Shown in pieces: positions 12,560 through 24,441 of a DNA stretch of 64,000 bases. The position numbers and the translations under genes were made by a program. The stretch is taken from assembly GCF_018350175.1 (NCBI RefSeq), contig NC_058375.1, forward strand, positions 204,290,001 through 204,354,000. The letters are read 5' to 3'. The DNA comes from Felis catus. Taxonomy: Eukaryota. Under the pieces are notes generated by a model. That model was not told where the DNA came from, did no database searches, and was given only the letters and a program-made list of their open reading frames with translations. Every line of letters begins with the position of its first letter. Position 1 is the stretch's first letter.

Positions 12560-13357
12560 TTAATTTAATGTTTGTGTAGGGTGAAGACTAGGAATTGAGA
12601 TATAATTTACTCCACATAGGTATCCAATTGTTCCAGCGTTATTTGTAAAACAAGTTTCTTTACTCCATCGAATTGTTTTCATAGCTCTGTTGAAAAACAA
12701 TTGACCACGAGAGTGTGGGTCTAATTTTGGACTCTTTATTCTGTTCAATTAATTTTCCTTACATCAATATCTAATTCCCTTAATTACTGTAGATTTATAT
12801 GCAGTGTTGAAATCAGATATTATAGATCCTCCAAATTTATATTTATTTTTTTCACATTTTAGGTTATTTGATGTTTTCTTTATACTTTAACTCTTTATAT
12901 TCTATATATTTTAAAATAACCAGCTGATTTCTACAAAATGACCTGCTTGATTTTGATTGGGAAATGTGGTCAGTCTTAAGATCCATTTAGGGACCTCTTA
13001 ATAATATTGAGTATCCCAATCCATAAATTGGATATGTTTCTTTATTTTTTATTTAGTATTTAATTTCTCTTAGGAATATTTTGTGCTTTTCAGTATATTG
13101 ATCTATACTTTGTTAGATTTATCCTTACATAGCTTTCATTTTATGATGCTATTGGAGATAACGTTGTTTTAAATTCTGTTCTCCAATTGTTAATTACTAT
13201 TATGCAGATTTGCAGTTGGATATTAATTGACCTTATATTCTTTCATCTATCTACATTCATATTTTAACTTAATAATATTTTGGAAGATTCTTTAGAATTT
13301 TCAACATCAACAAACACGCTATCTGTGAATAAAGATAGCTTAACTTCTCCATCCTCC

Positions 13358-13468
13358 TGTTGGATCCCGGTGCTTTCCCATGTGACTCCTCGTGGCATGA
13401 CATACCCCCTCTCTTGGGATCTATGAGTATGACAATGGCAGGTGTCTCCTGATCTGTTGGCCTTGTCA
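13358..13468. mobile_element. ERVL-type LTR fragment (MER21/MER77-like)
   Basis: Minus strand GGCCAACAGATCAGGAGACACCTGCCATTG...CCCAAGAGAGGGGGTATGTCATGCCAC...GGGAAAGCACC resembles these LTRs. Family assignment from memory only. Confidence 0.45.
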
Positions 13469-13584
13469 TTAACTAATGACAAGTTAGTGTCATTAACTAA
13501 TGTCATTAATGCTCAAATTTGCATTTTAAAACATACACACAATATGCACAGACATATATCAACACAGTAATATAGCGTTCACAT

Positions 13585-14620
13585 TACCATCTGGGTGATT
13601 ATTTTTTCCAATTATGGGTCATATTTTCATACTTATTTACATGTTTTTTAAAATTTCTGAATGCTAGAAATTGACGATATTTCATGGTAATTCTGATTCT
13701 TTTTTCTAGAGAGTTAAGTTTTATTTTTCAGGCAGTTAATTTACTGTCTGACCAGCAGGATCATATCAAGGCTTGGATGTTAGGTTTTGTTGGGTTGGGT
13801 CTGATGGAGTCCTTACTGTGGGGCATGGACTTTGCTCCTAAGGAATGGTCTTTCTAGTGTTTTAACTAAACAATGACTATCTTAATAAGGCCACTTCACT
13901 TTGACTGGAAGAACTCTAATATTTCTCTGTACCACCTGAGCTCTAAAAATCTCCCTTCGGGGCGCCTGGGTGGCGCAGTCGGTTAAGCGTCCGACTTCAG
14001 CCAGGTCACGATCTCGCGGTCCGTGAGTTCGAGCCCCGCGTCAGGCTCTGGGCTGATGGCTCAGAGCCTGGAGCCTGTTTCCGATTCTGTGTCTCCCTCT
14101 CTCTCTGCCCCTCCCCCGTTCATGCTATGTTTCTCTCTGTCCCAAAAAAATAAATAAACGTTGAAAAAAAAAATTAAAAATCTCCCTTCTGCTCACGGTC
14201 CTCAGCAGGATCGAAGATTCTCTTGCGCTGTATGCCCAGCTTAGTATGTGGCCAAAGGTAGAAGGGGAACCCTGTACTTGGATACTTGAAATATCTTCTC
14301 TGTACAACTTTTTCTTCTCAGATATCCTGATCCATAAATTCCAACTGCATCTTGGAGCTCTGACCTCACTTTTCTCTGAATAGTGAGACTCTCACTACCT
14401 GTGTGGCCCTACTTCCTTGTTTTGGAATGTGGTCCCAGGCAGAAAGCTCAGATAAATGTGACACTCAGCTATTATGTATATATCCTCTCAAGGATTATAG
14501 ACCTGCATTCTTTGTTTTTCAATCCATAAAAACAATTGCTTCATGTATTTTCACCCAATTGTGTAAGTACTGACAGTGGGAGGTCAAATGTGATACCTTT
14601 TTCTCTGTCAAACCCAGAAC
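13585..14620 (-). mobile_element. Ancient L1 5'-region fragment (L1ME-like)
   Basis: TTATGGGTCATATTTTC...GGCAGTTAATTTACT...CAAGGCTTGG...TAGGTTTTGTT typical of antisense old L1 5' ends. Boundaries approximate. Confidence 0.6.
13959..14175 (+). mobile_element. Young feline SINEC_Fc-type copy
   Basis: Near-consensus with CpGs intact. Perfect TSD AAAAATCTCCCTTC at 13945-13958 and 14176-14189. Confidence 0.98.
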
Positions 14621-15472
14621 CAGGAATGTACCAATATATCCTTTTTCTTTTTTTAGGAAAGATAAATTTTATGGTTGCTTTCTGCAAGAAGCAAGTTGTA
14701 TATTCTTTAAATCTTTTCCCTGTTACTCATTCTGCTACAGTTTTAGGATTATCTTTGAATATTGTGCTGACTTCAAGTGGCATCTGTGAAATTTTTGTTC
14801 TTTTCCTTCTTTCAATCAAATATTCCATATATGCTGTAATTCTGCCACAAGTTACTCCCTCACACAATGAATTTTTACACGAACTTGCCTTGTTTCACAC
14901 ACCCAGGTTTTTGAGACCTCAAATGTTCACTATATTATGATGAGCACATTAGGAACTATGTGGAGAACTCATTATGATTTTAGCACTTTCACAGAAGAGC
15001 TGTGCTGATAAAAACTTGCAGAGAAAGCTTAATAAAGTATACTTTACAATTTATGATTTTATGAAGCTATAATAGGATTTATTGTAAAGTTCCATAGAAT
15101 ATGATTAATGCTAGTCTGCACAGACTCAATAATTATTTTGAGATAGATGTAGTTGATTTCTTGACAATTAATTGGTTCGGCATAAGAACTGTTTGATTTA
15201 ATTGCTAACAGAGTCTAAAACAATTTGACCATATTTCAGAATAAAGAGATAAGGTTGATTATATGTAGATATGATCACAATTCATAGATCACTAAATAGA
15301 GAAATAGTTGCTCTAGTGTTTCAGGCCATCCTAATAGCATATTTGGGTCACTGTGTAGTCAATTCCATTGAATGATGGTTGTTCAATAAACATTGATTGA
15401 ACCCACACCCACAAAAGGACTGAACTCAGAAACATGAGAAAACAGGAAAATCAAGGTTACACATTGTATCTT

Positions 15473-15849
15473 TGTATTAACTTTCAAGGGCTGCCATATA
15501 AAATACCATAGACTGAATGNNNNNNNNNNNNNNNNNNNNNNNNNNNNNNNNNNNNNNNNNNNNNNNNNNNNNNNNNNNNNNNNNNNNNNNNNNNNNNNNN
15601 NNNNNNNNNNNNNNNNNNNNNNNNNNNNNNNNNNNNNNNNNNNNNNNNNNNNNNNNNGGGCGTGCACATCCCTGGCATCTCTCTGTCTCTTCTTATAAGG
15701 ACACCAGTCACGTTGAATTAGAGCTCCCCACTCAAGGACCCATTTAGCCTTAATTACCTCCTTATAGGCCTCATCTCCAAATATAGTTTACATGGGAGTT
15801 AAGACTTCAAGGTATGCATGTTTAGGGGGACATAATTCAGTCCACAATA
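15473..15849 (-). mobile_element. MaLR solo LTR, MLT1B/C-like (spans a gap)
   Basis: TGTATTAACTTTCAAGGGCTGCCATA...TCTTCTTATAAGGACACCAGTCA...GGGGGACATAATTCAGTCCACAATA. Confidence 0.85.
15520..15657. other. Assembly gap
   Basis: Run of N. Confidence 1.
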
Positions 15850-15853
15850 TCCA

Positions 15854-16315
15854 TGTTACCGTATAAACATACATAGGAGTAGGGCAAAATCGTAGAGAAG
15901 ACATGACTGCACGTTGACCCATGAACTGGACCCAGCAATTGGAAGCTGTTCACTCCTTCCCTTATCCTTGGAATGTGGGTTCTGCTTGCCTTTCCCCATT
16001 CCCAGAGACTGCTCCAAGGACATAGTCTTGACATAGTGATGTGGTATTGAGAACATCTGGATGGTGTATGTGACTGAATACAGTTAAGACCTCTATATAA
16101 ACTTTTAAGATGTGGCAGGTGGTGCTGAGGATCTATTTATTTGTCTTGTGGCCACCTGAGATATGCTTGCTATGCATGTTCCTTTGCTTGTTAAGCCTGC
16201 CGCCTACTAATCTGGAGTGGCCTGCCTCCTTTTCCAGTCTCTCCCTGTTCTCTTGAGTATGGGGACCAATTTTAGGTCACCCCTGGGAAACTCCTCAGGA
16301 GCTTACTAACCAACA
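15854..16315 (+). mobile_element. Probable ERV solo LTR, family not recognised
   Basis: TGTTA...CAACA termini, ~460 bp, TATA box TATATAAA at 16094-16101, GC content above the flanks. No clear TSD. Confidence 0.55.
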
Positions 16316-17023
16316 AAACATTAAATAAACGTAAGAAAAATACTATGCCATGAAATTTCTGCTCTTAAGTTTTGTAAACAAAATTGAAGATATATTTGTA
16401 AGAAAGACATTGAAATCTCACGACCAGGTGATAATGATTTTAGGATCAAATGAGATAAAAATAGAAAATACGTGAACATGCTTTGAAATTTATAACACAT
16501 GATACAAACATAAGGTGTTAATTCATAAGGCATTCACATTCAGACCTCTTATGTTTGCTTCTAACTTCCTCTCTGAAGATACACTCTTAGGCAAAGACCT
16601 TTCTCACCTTAGTGTGGATCTAAGTTCACATTTTTTCCCCTTAAAGATGATTTCCTAATCCACATTACTAATTATAAACTTTTGCCATCTGGTGACAAGT
16701 TTTGGGGACAGGAGAACGTCCAAATTCACACAAATAGTTTTTGCCTGTGGATAAGTTTACTCCATGTAGCAGAAACGTCAAGGGCAACACGTGACCTAGA
16801 ACCCCAAGGAGTGAAGGCTGACAAAGGCAAGCCAGGTTTACAGAGGTCCTGACTGTTAGAAAGGTGTGGTCAGGAAATATAATGGAAAATAGGTGAACAA
16901 AGAGCAAAATGGCACATAAGTGTAGATTATTCTGAATCCCACTCTTGAAAGGAACACTAAAATCTATTTATTTCTGCACTAATTTATGCCCAAATACTTG
17001 CTCATGTAGATTTTGATCTTCTG

Positions 17024-17327
17024 CAAAGGTTGCAAAGCAGTCACCTACAGTTGCAATCTGGTCCATAGTCAGGTATGTCTGTACCATCTAGGGTTTAAAA
17101 TTCCTTTTATTTTCTTCCATATTTTTGAATTTAGGGAATTTTCCATAGAAACTTAGATATCTGGCTTCTTCTAAAAAATTGAGACTATCTGCCCACACCA
17201 CAGGTTCAAGCATCTTGAACTGAATGGCAGCTATACCTTCAAAGGGCACACACTCTCCCGATACTCATCTTTCACTCATACATGTTCTCTGCCCAGACCC
17301 AATAGCCATTTGGATTTATGATCTTAT
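17024..17327 (+). mobile_element. MER102-like hAT-Charlie element
   Basis: AAAGGTTGCAAA...TCTGGCTTCTTCTAAAAAATTGAGACTATCTG...TTCACTCATACATGTT...CATTTGGATTTATGATC. Confidence 0.65.
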
Positions 17328-18099
17328 TGATATCTTATTGATAGGCAATTCCCACATCTGAACTCAGATCTGAACCATTCTCCTGATAAGCACCCTCTTT
17401 CATGATTTTAAACATTCCATTGCTTTATACCAAAGAGAAGAGATTATTGGCAACATCCCCAGCTTGGCCTAGGTATTAAAATATATTCCTTATTTAGGGG
17501 AATTTCTGCAATTGAAATATGTTGATTGGAGAGAAAGAATTGCCAGTTCTTTCTCAGAACCAACCCCATTGTTATTTGTTATTTGCACATAACAAGCTCT
17601 TAGAAACTTTTACCGTGGTCTAGGGTACCTGATCTGGTCCTTACCAGTATCATGATTGGATCAGACATAAAGGGTCTACACTAGCCTTTCTCTAAGCCAT
17701 AGCTGTTACCATTGGGTAAGAGGTTTCCAGGGTCAAGGAACCATGGCTACACAGAGTGCAAACATTCTACCTATCTTTGCTATGCTAGACTATGATCCTA
17801 GAATTCTTAGCCCCAGTGACCCAGACTCTACTTCTCAGGCCTATAGAAGTTTTATTCTTGGGTTTGTCATTTGAGGGGAAAATGGTGAATATTCCTGTGA
17901 ATATTCCTAGGCCTGAGGGATGCCAAGGGTAAAATATTTGGGAGATGACTGTGCCACCTGGGGTGTCCATGTACATATACCTGAGGTCACTTGTGGAACG
18001 GGGTAGAAAAGCATAGAGGGCTGGTTGGGGCCAAAGATCCCCAATTGTTGTCTTCCCTTGGGCCCACAAATCTTAAAGATGACCTTAGTCACCCAATCT

Positions 18100-18518
18100 T
18101 TGCTTACTTTCTAACCTCCATTCCTATCTTCCTGCCCCTACTAAACTGTTCCTTCTGTCCCTCAAGCAGATGCAATTCACTGCCTTTGTACATGCTGTTC
18201 CCTTTCCTTGGATTATACTTTCCCTGATTATTTCCATAGTGAGCTCCTTCCAGCTATTCAAACTTGAGCTTAGAAATCACCTCCTTTCCTAGACCTTCAC
18301 CCAGGTCCTAATCATTTTCCTTCATTTTATCCTGTTTTCCTTAAAGAGCATTTTATAATCTACAATGATCTTTTAAAGGCATTTACCTATGTATTATTCA
18401 CTTCTTCCTCCTGGAATACAAACTATCTGAGAGCAGAGTTTGTCCTATCTACTGCAGTCTCCCAAGGACTTAGCACAGAGTAGTGCTCAATAATATTTGG
18501 TTAGTGAATGATTGAGTG
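18100..18518 (+). mobile_element. LINE-2 3' end
   Basis: GCCTTTGTACATGCTGTTCCCT...CTTAGCACAGAGTAGTGCTCAATAATATTTGGTTAGTGAATGA. Confidence 0.85.
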
Positions 18519-18599
18519 ATGGAGTGCATAAAGATTTGCTGTCTCTGTGCAATAGTAAGATGACCACATGTAAAGTTAAAAATAAAGTTTCATTACAAG

Positions 18600-19106
18600 T
18601 ATTAATCTATGTTAAGTTATAATAACTCTCTGGTTTAAAACAAGGATTGCTTCTCAATCATGTTATATCACCACTGTGGGTTAGTTGGGGGTTTGATCCT
18701 GTGTTGTCCTTATTCTGGGATCCATGTTGACAGATTCTTCTCTATGGGGAGCAACAATGATCGCCAGGGCACAGGGAAAGAGGAAAGGTAGTAGCAAAGC
18801 ATTAGCTGGGTCTTAAAACATCTACCTAGAAGTACCATACATCAGCTTTGCTTAGATTTTATTGGTCAGAGCAAGTCACAAGACTGTGCCTGATTTTAAA
18901 GGCATTGCTTTGGGAGCACCTGAGTGGCACAGTTGGTGAAGCATCTGACTCTTGATCTTGGCTCAGGTCATGATCTCACAGTTTGTGAGTTCAAGCCCCA
19001 CATCTGGCTCTGTGCTGATGGTGAGGAACCTGCTTGGGATTCTGTCTCTCCTCTCTGCCCCTCCCCTTCTTGTGCACGTTCTCTCTCTTTCTCTCTCTCT
19101 CTCTCA

Positions 19107-19142
<36 letters not shown>

Positions 19143-19232
19143 AAACTTAAAAAAATTTACATTAAAAAAAATAAAGGGGTTACTTTGAGGAGGACAAGGA
19201 ACATGTTATGAACAGCCCCAACCATGACCACA
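18600..19232 (-). mobile_element. Old MaLR LTR (MLT1J/K/L-like) interrupted by a SINE
   Basis: TTTTATTGGTCAGAGCAAGTCACAAGACTGTGCCTGA motif; ends ...GACCACA. Left boundary approximate. Confidence 0.65.
18912..19172 (+). mobile_element. CanSINE
   Basis: GGGAGCACCTGAGTGGCACAG head, (CT)n tract, (TAAA)n tail. Confidence 0.95.
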
Positions 19233-20099
19233 GGTCTACTTGACAAATTCTTTCCTCACACTTTGTATATGAAATTTAGGATATTATATTTATAGTATAA
19301 GCATGCTTAGAATAGACACAGCTTAAGCTTATGATACAAGTCCCTATCTCATTTGGGAGTGGTCATTAGTATTATAAAAATACATATATTTTTTAACAAA
19401 GCTGAATCTCATTAAAAGTAAAGCCTGTGTTCCTACATATTTGTTTTGCCATATTTTAGTTTGAAAAGATTTTTAAGTCTTTAAAATTGGTAATAACTTT
19501 GCATCTGATTCCTTTACCCTTTTGAATGTGATTGCTGCTGACATATCCACCGATACGTTTAAAATAAAATGACAGAAAAGCAAGTGGGTTATTTCCCTGC
19601 ATACATATGGTTCCATAATGAAATTATTCCCGCTGAGAAGAACAAGTTCGCATTTTGCAGTTGGTCACAATTGGTGAGAACAGAGGGTCTATACATCTTT
19701 AATGGAACGTATTTTTCAAATCTTCTGACAAGTTCAGTGTCTCTCACTCTCTCCCACAATTAAGTCAGCAATTCTGGATTCCAAGCTTTCATTAAGGAGC
19801 CATGTGATACATTGCACACAGAAACAGCATCCTGCAGATTGCTTTTAATCTCTTATCTCTTGCTTCCCCTTTTTCTCTCTCTGCCTGTCTCTTTCTAACT
19901 TCCAATTATCTGTTCATCAGATTCTGTGCAAACAGTTTGGGTATATGCAAAAGATTTAGGTAAATTTCATTGAAATTCCTGCATAGTTTGCAAACAAAAA
20001 GAGTTAAATCAGTACCTAAAGTTTGCCAATTTGAAGTCCTTATTTTCCTATCTTTATTATTATTGTTCTTATTATTTAATTTAGGAAATAGTCTACCAG

Positions 20100-20291
20100 T
20101 TTTTTTAAAGTTTATTTATTTTGAGAGAGAGAAGGGTGCAGAGAGAGAGGAAAGAATCCCAAGCAAGCTCTTGGGAGCCTGCTCTGTTAGTACAGAGCCC
20201 AATGCAGGGCTCAATCTCATGAACAGTGTAATCATGACCTGAGCCAAAATCAAGATTCTCTTGCTTAACCGACTAACCACACCGTCTTCCC
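20100..20291 (-). mobile_element. Older CanSINE
   Basis: GAATCCCAAGCAAGCTC...ATCATGACCTGAGCCAAAATCAAGA; diverged head. Confidence 0.9.
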
Positions 20292-20303
20292 TAGTTTACC
20301 AAT

Positions 20304-20528
20304 TAAAAAAAAATTGTTAATTACATTTATTTATTTTTTGGGAGACATAGAGAGACAGAGCACAAGTTGGGGAGGGGCAGACAGAGAAAGAGATACACAA
20401 TCCGAAGCAGGCTCCAGACTCTGAGCTGTCAGCACAGAGCCTGACGCGGCGCTCGAACTCACAAACCACAAGATCATGACCTGAACCGAAGTCAGATGCT
20501 TAACCGACTGAGCCACCCAGGCGCCCCC
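20304..20528 (-). mobile_element. CanSINE
   Basis: ...CTTAACCGACTGAGCCACCCAGGCGCCCC. TSD TAGTTTACC at 20292-20300 and 20530-20538. Confidence 0.96.
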
Positions 20529-20934
20529 TTAGTTTACCTATTTTTAAAGTTAACACAAGCTTTTAGGTCCAAGTAATTAATAATTTTTTGAAGGAAGAAC
20601 ACTTTAATGTATCTCTGCTTCATCAAAGGTTGGGTCTACATGCTGTCAAATGGTTCCAAGAGGCATCTTAACTATTGTTTTTAATCAAACTATTGGATAT
20701 GGCCTATTTTTATAGGGAATAGTCAGTAGAGCCCAGAGCTATTTTTATTCAAAATTAGAAATTGGAAAGATAAACCAGTATGTAACAGTTGTCATAAAAT
20801 GTTTAAAGAGAGGTAATTCCTCATAATATTCTAAGGAATACTAGCAGTCCATAGCAAATCAAGTATTTGTAAATATGCCTCATGGATTTCTATGGAACGC
20901 TTTCCCATTTGTATAAAAAAGCAAAAGAAAAGGG

Positions 20935-21055
20935 TGATTAATATGTATTCGAGCCTCTCCATATGTGCTACTCACCATACTATATGCTTTACTTAATTCG
21001 TCTCACTTACTCCCTCTCCCAGCAAGCCATGAGATGTAGATTATTCTCATTTATC
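20935..21055 (-). mobile_element. MIR fragment
   Basis: ATGCTTTAC...TCTCACTTACTCC...CAAGCCATGAGATGTAGATTATTCTCATTT. Confidence 0.6.
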
Positions 21056-21195
21056 CTTGCTCCTTTATCAAAGGGGTTTGTTGTGTCACAGCCTTGTAGG
21101 ATAGGAAGCCAATGGAAGCTCCTCTCACAGTCTTAGACGTAAGAAGTTTGGTTAGGACATCCATGCTTGTGCCATTGCTATTAAATCCTGTCCTT

Positions 21196-21420
21196 GTGGT
21201 GCCTGGGTGGCTCAGTCGGTTAAGCGACTGACTTCAACTCAGGTGATGATGATCTCTTGGTTCGTGAGTTTGAGCCCCGCCTCGGGCTCTGTGTGGACAG
21301 CTCAGAGCCTGGAGCCTGTTATGGATTCTGTGTCTCCCTTTCTCTCTGCTCTTCCTCTACTCATGCTCTGTCCATCTCTCTCTCTCAAAAATAAATAACT
21401 ATTTAAAAAAAAATAAAAAA
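21196..21420 (+). mobile_element. CanSINE
   Basis: GGTGCCTGGGTGGCTCAGTCGGTTAAGCG. TSD AAATC(C/T)TGTCCT at 21183-21194 and 21421-21432. Confidence 0.96.
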
Positions 21421-21938
21421 AAATCTTGTCCTCAAATATTAGATTAACCAAGGATTTCTGATATAATTTAAATTACTTTATCCTGTATAAGTTTCATGGT
21501 GGTTCTCTAAAATTATAGCCTGGTAGAGACAAATATTTATTATTCTATTATTGTACTCATTTATTTTTATTGATAACACTTTAAAATATTTACTTTAGAA
21601 TATTTAAAAACATTGAAAACACAGTAAAGAAACAATATCAGTTATGACTATACCATAAGAAAGAACTGAGTTTTACATATTGATATATTTGCTTCCAGTC
21701 TAATTTTATGTAAGATATATAACATTGATACTATTATGCATATTGCAGTTTTTACAAATTATAGATTTTACCATGAATACAGTTATATGCCTTCTTTACT
21801 TAAAATTTCATAATTAACATTTTTGTTTGACATTATTAATCAGAATCAAAAATATAATTTTAATAGCTGTATGTTTTCCAGTTTATGGATATGCAATGTA
21901 ATATTAAATACAGCTCTTTCTCCATTGTTTCAGAGATG

Positions 21939-21939
<1 letters not shown>

Positions 21940-22003
<64 letters not shown>

Positions 22004-22009
22004 GAGAGA
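21940..22009. repeat. Compound (TG)n(AG)n microsatellite
   Basis: Directly visible. Confidence 0.95.
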
Positions 22010-22426
22010 TAGAAACATAAGTACTCCCTACCTATTCTTCTAGATTTTCTCAGTTTCATTCCTGTAATAAGTCAGATTATAAAACCACATATTTTAATTT
22101 CCCATGAAGGTGTCATTCCTGAATCATGGTTTAGTATTATCTCTGCAACAATGATTGGACTCTTCATTAAAAAACAGAAACACGAGTAACATTGCTGTGT
22201 CCTCAATAAAACCATCACATCAAGGAATTATTCACTGCGTGGATGAGGTCCATGAAATATATTCATATTAAATGTTGGGACTGAATAAGAGACTGCTTCT
22301 CCTGAATAACAAGGATACTTTTTTTGACCAGTTAGTTTTTGCTCAATGCATCTTCCTTTTCCCATAAGCTATTTGGAAGCAGACCTAAATTTAGTATTCA
22401 ACAATGAATATATTTATAGTCTAGAT

Positions 22427-22606
22427 CTGCTCTGTCTAGTATGGTACCCACATGTGGCTCTTTAAATTTAACTTAATAAAGATTAAATAAAATTTAAAAT
22501 TCCATCCTTTAGTCACACTAACCATGTGTCTCTATTGTTTACCACACTGAAAAGTACAGATATAGAACATTTCTATCCTTACGGCAAGTTCTATTGAACA
22601 GTACTG
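22427..22606 (-). mobile_element. MER3 (hAT-Charlie) MITE
   Basis: CCACATGTGGCT...AGATATAGAACATTTC...GTTCTATTGAACAGTACTG. Perfect 8-bp TSD GTCTAGAT at 22419-22426 and 22607-22614. Confidence 0.88.
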
Positions 22607-23382
22607 GTCTAGATTATGCATCAGATTATACATTTCCTGCCTGCCATGCAACTTTATATTTAATGTGAACTTAAACTATCTAGATGACTAGCTACTTATG
22701 GCATGCTACCTTCTATACCTTTAGAATTAGATCATTACACATGATGTGATTAAATCTTTTAATAATATATCATCATCCTATCATAAATTTTCATAATGTT
22801 GACACCCATTGGGATGACTGGATAAGTTATAAGGCTTATAAAAGATTTAAAAATTTTAACTCCTCTTAGGTGTTTTAGGTTTATCTGATCACATTTGTAT
22901 AGGCCCTGCTCATCTATTATTATGACTCTTAGCCCCCACCATCCAGTCTCATTTTCTATGTCGTCTATAATAAATACGCTAAGTACAGGCCTTACCGAGG
23001 ACCATGGAGATAGTGCTGGAAATGACAAAGGTATAATGGTTCTGTGCTTCCACTTGTGTCATGGCCACCGAGAGTGGACACAACTGTAGGAAGAGAGACA
23101 TAACTGCACCAGGGAGAGCTTCAGGGAAAAGCAATGTCAGTTTTGATTGGATACCATGGAACATTTTACATACCATTTGGGACATTAGGGAACTATGACA
23201 GCTTCATTCGTATTTAAGAATCTAAAATTACTCATGCATACAGTTTCTACTGATTTGAGATGGGTCTAAAATACAAAAATCAATAGTACACCTTTCTTAG
23301 AGCTGATGGTGGCACTTTGAAATGCTTGGGTATAAATAAAGCAAACATACATTTCCGAGGTCTGACTATGTAGTCACAGAAT

Positions 23383-23514
23383 NNNNNNNNNNNNNNNNNN
23401 NNNNNNNNNNNNNNNNNNNNNNNNNNNNNNNNNNNNNNNNNNNNNNNNNNNNNNNNNNNNNNNNNNNNNNNNNNNNNNNNNNNNNNNNNNNNNNNNNNNN
23501 NNNNNNNNNNNNNN
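23383..23514. other. Assembly gap
   Basis: Run of N. Confidence 1.
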
Positions 23515-23937
23515 AGTAAATGCCTGGGTTCAGCTATGATTTACAGATTGTGTAAATTATTAGCCATATGGTGGTTATATGCCATTCTGCTTATAAAATA
23601 TGTATTTTAAGTAAATACATCTATGCCTACAAGAGAGAGGGTTATCCATTACTATTTAGATGTTTTAAATATCTTCTTTATCATAAGGGCAAGCACTTCC
23701 AGCTGGACCATATTATTTCTCCCAAATGCTTTTGTTGTTGTTGTTACGTTTTTGTCATTACAACCTGCAAAAGTGGATTAAAATGGACCTTCATAAGGAT
23801 AGCCTTATACCACAGCTATCATTTACTGTGAAAAAATCATATTTTTTTGTTGCCACCTCTTTTTCTCACTTTCAGCAAAGTATCATTTGACTGAATTTTT
23901 TATTTGTTTATACTTCCTGGGTGCTAAGACTCCATTG

Positions 23938-24151
23938 TTTAATTTTTTTCTAACGTTTACTTATTTTTGAGAGCAGAGACAGAGCATGAGTGGGAGAGGG
24001 GCAGAGAGAGAGGGAGACGCAGAATCCAAAGCAGGGTCCAGGCTCTGAGCTGTCAGCCCAGAGCCCGACGCGGGGCTCAAACCCACAAACCGCGAGATCA
24101 TGACCTGAGCCGAAGTAGAATGCCTAACCAACTGAGTCACCCAGGTGCCCC
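23938..24151 (-). mobile_element. CanSINE
   Basis: ...GAGCCCGACGCGGGGCTCAAACCCAC...ACCCAGGTGCCCC. Confidence 0.96.
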
Positions 24152-24405
24152 TCTGCCATTTTTTATTTGATGAACCACCAATTGAGTAATAATCTTTATA
24201 AGGGTTGAGAAGAGATCAATTTCAAAAGAGTAATGTTACTTGGTGATGAAATGGCAAATACATTCCTCACTTATGACCTGGTACCACAATTTTTCTAAGG
24301 GAGAGAGATGTCTTGGTTAATAAACTATTTTGGTGAGGACTTCAAATTGTTGCTCAACAATCCAGCTTACAGGGGTCTTAGAAGGCCCAGAACCTTCTCA
24401 AGTGG

Positions 24406-24407
<2 letters not shown>

Positions 24408-24440
<33 letters not shown>
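24408..24440. repeat. (TG)n microsatellite
   Basis: Directly visible. Confidence 0.95.

Positions 24441-24441
<1 letters not shown>

Larger units (their letters stand above)
10750..13355 (-). mobile_element. Old LINE-1 (L1ME/MD-like) 3'UTR plus ORF2 3' half, with nested inserts
   Basis: T-rich plus strand. Minus-strand peptides EVKLSLFTDSVFVDVENSKESSKILL (cf. L1 EVKLSLFADDMIVYLENPKDS) and NRIKSPKLDPHSRGQLFFNRAMKTIRWSK (cf. [29 protein letters not shown]). Confidence 0.92.

Noticed and set aside
13959-14050. tRNA-like A/B boxes
   Set aside because: tRNA-derived SINE head followed by (CT)n, an A-tail and a TSD; not a tRNA gene.
14536-14940. 134-aa hydrophobic ORF
   Set aside because: TTG start, T-rich composition, partial overlap with an old L1 fragment and no recognisable domain.
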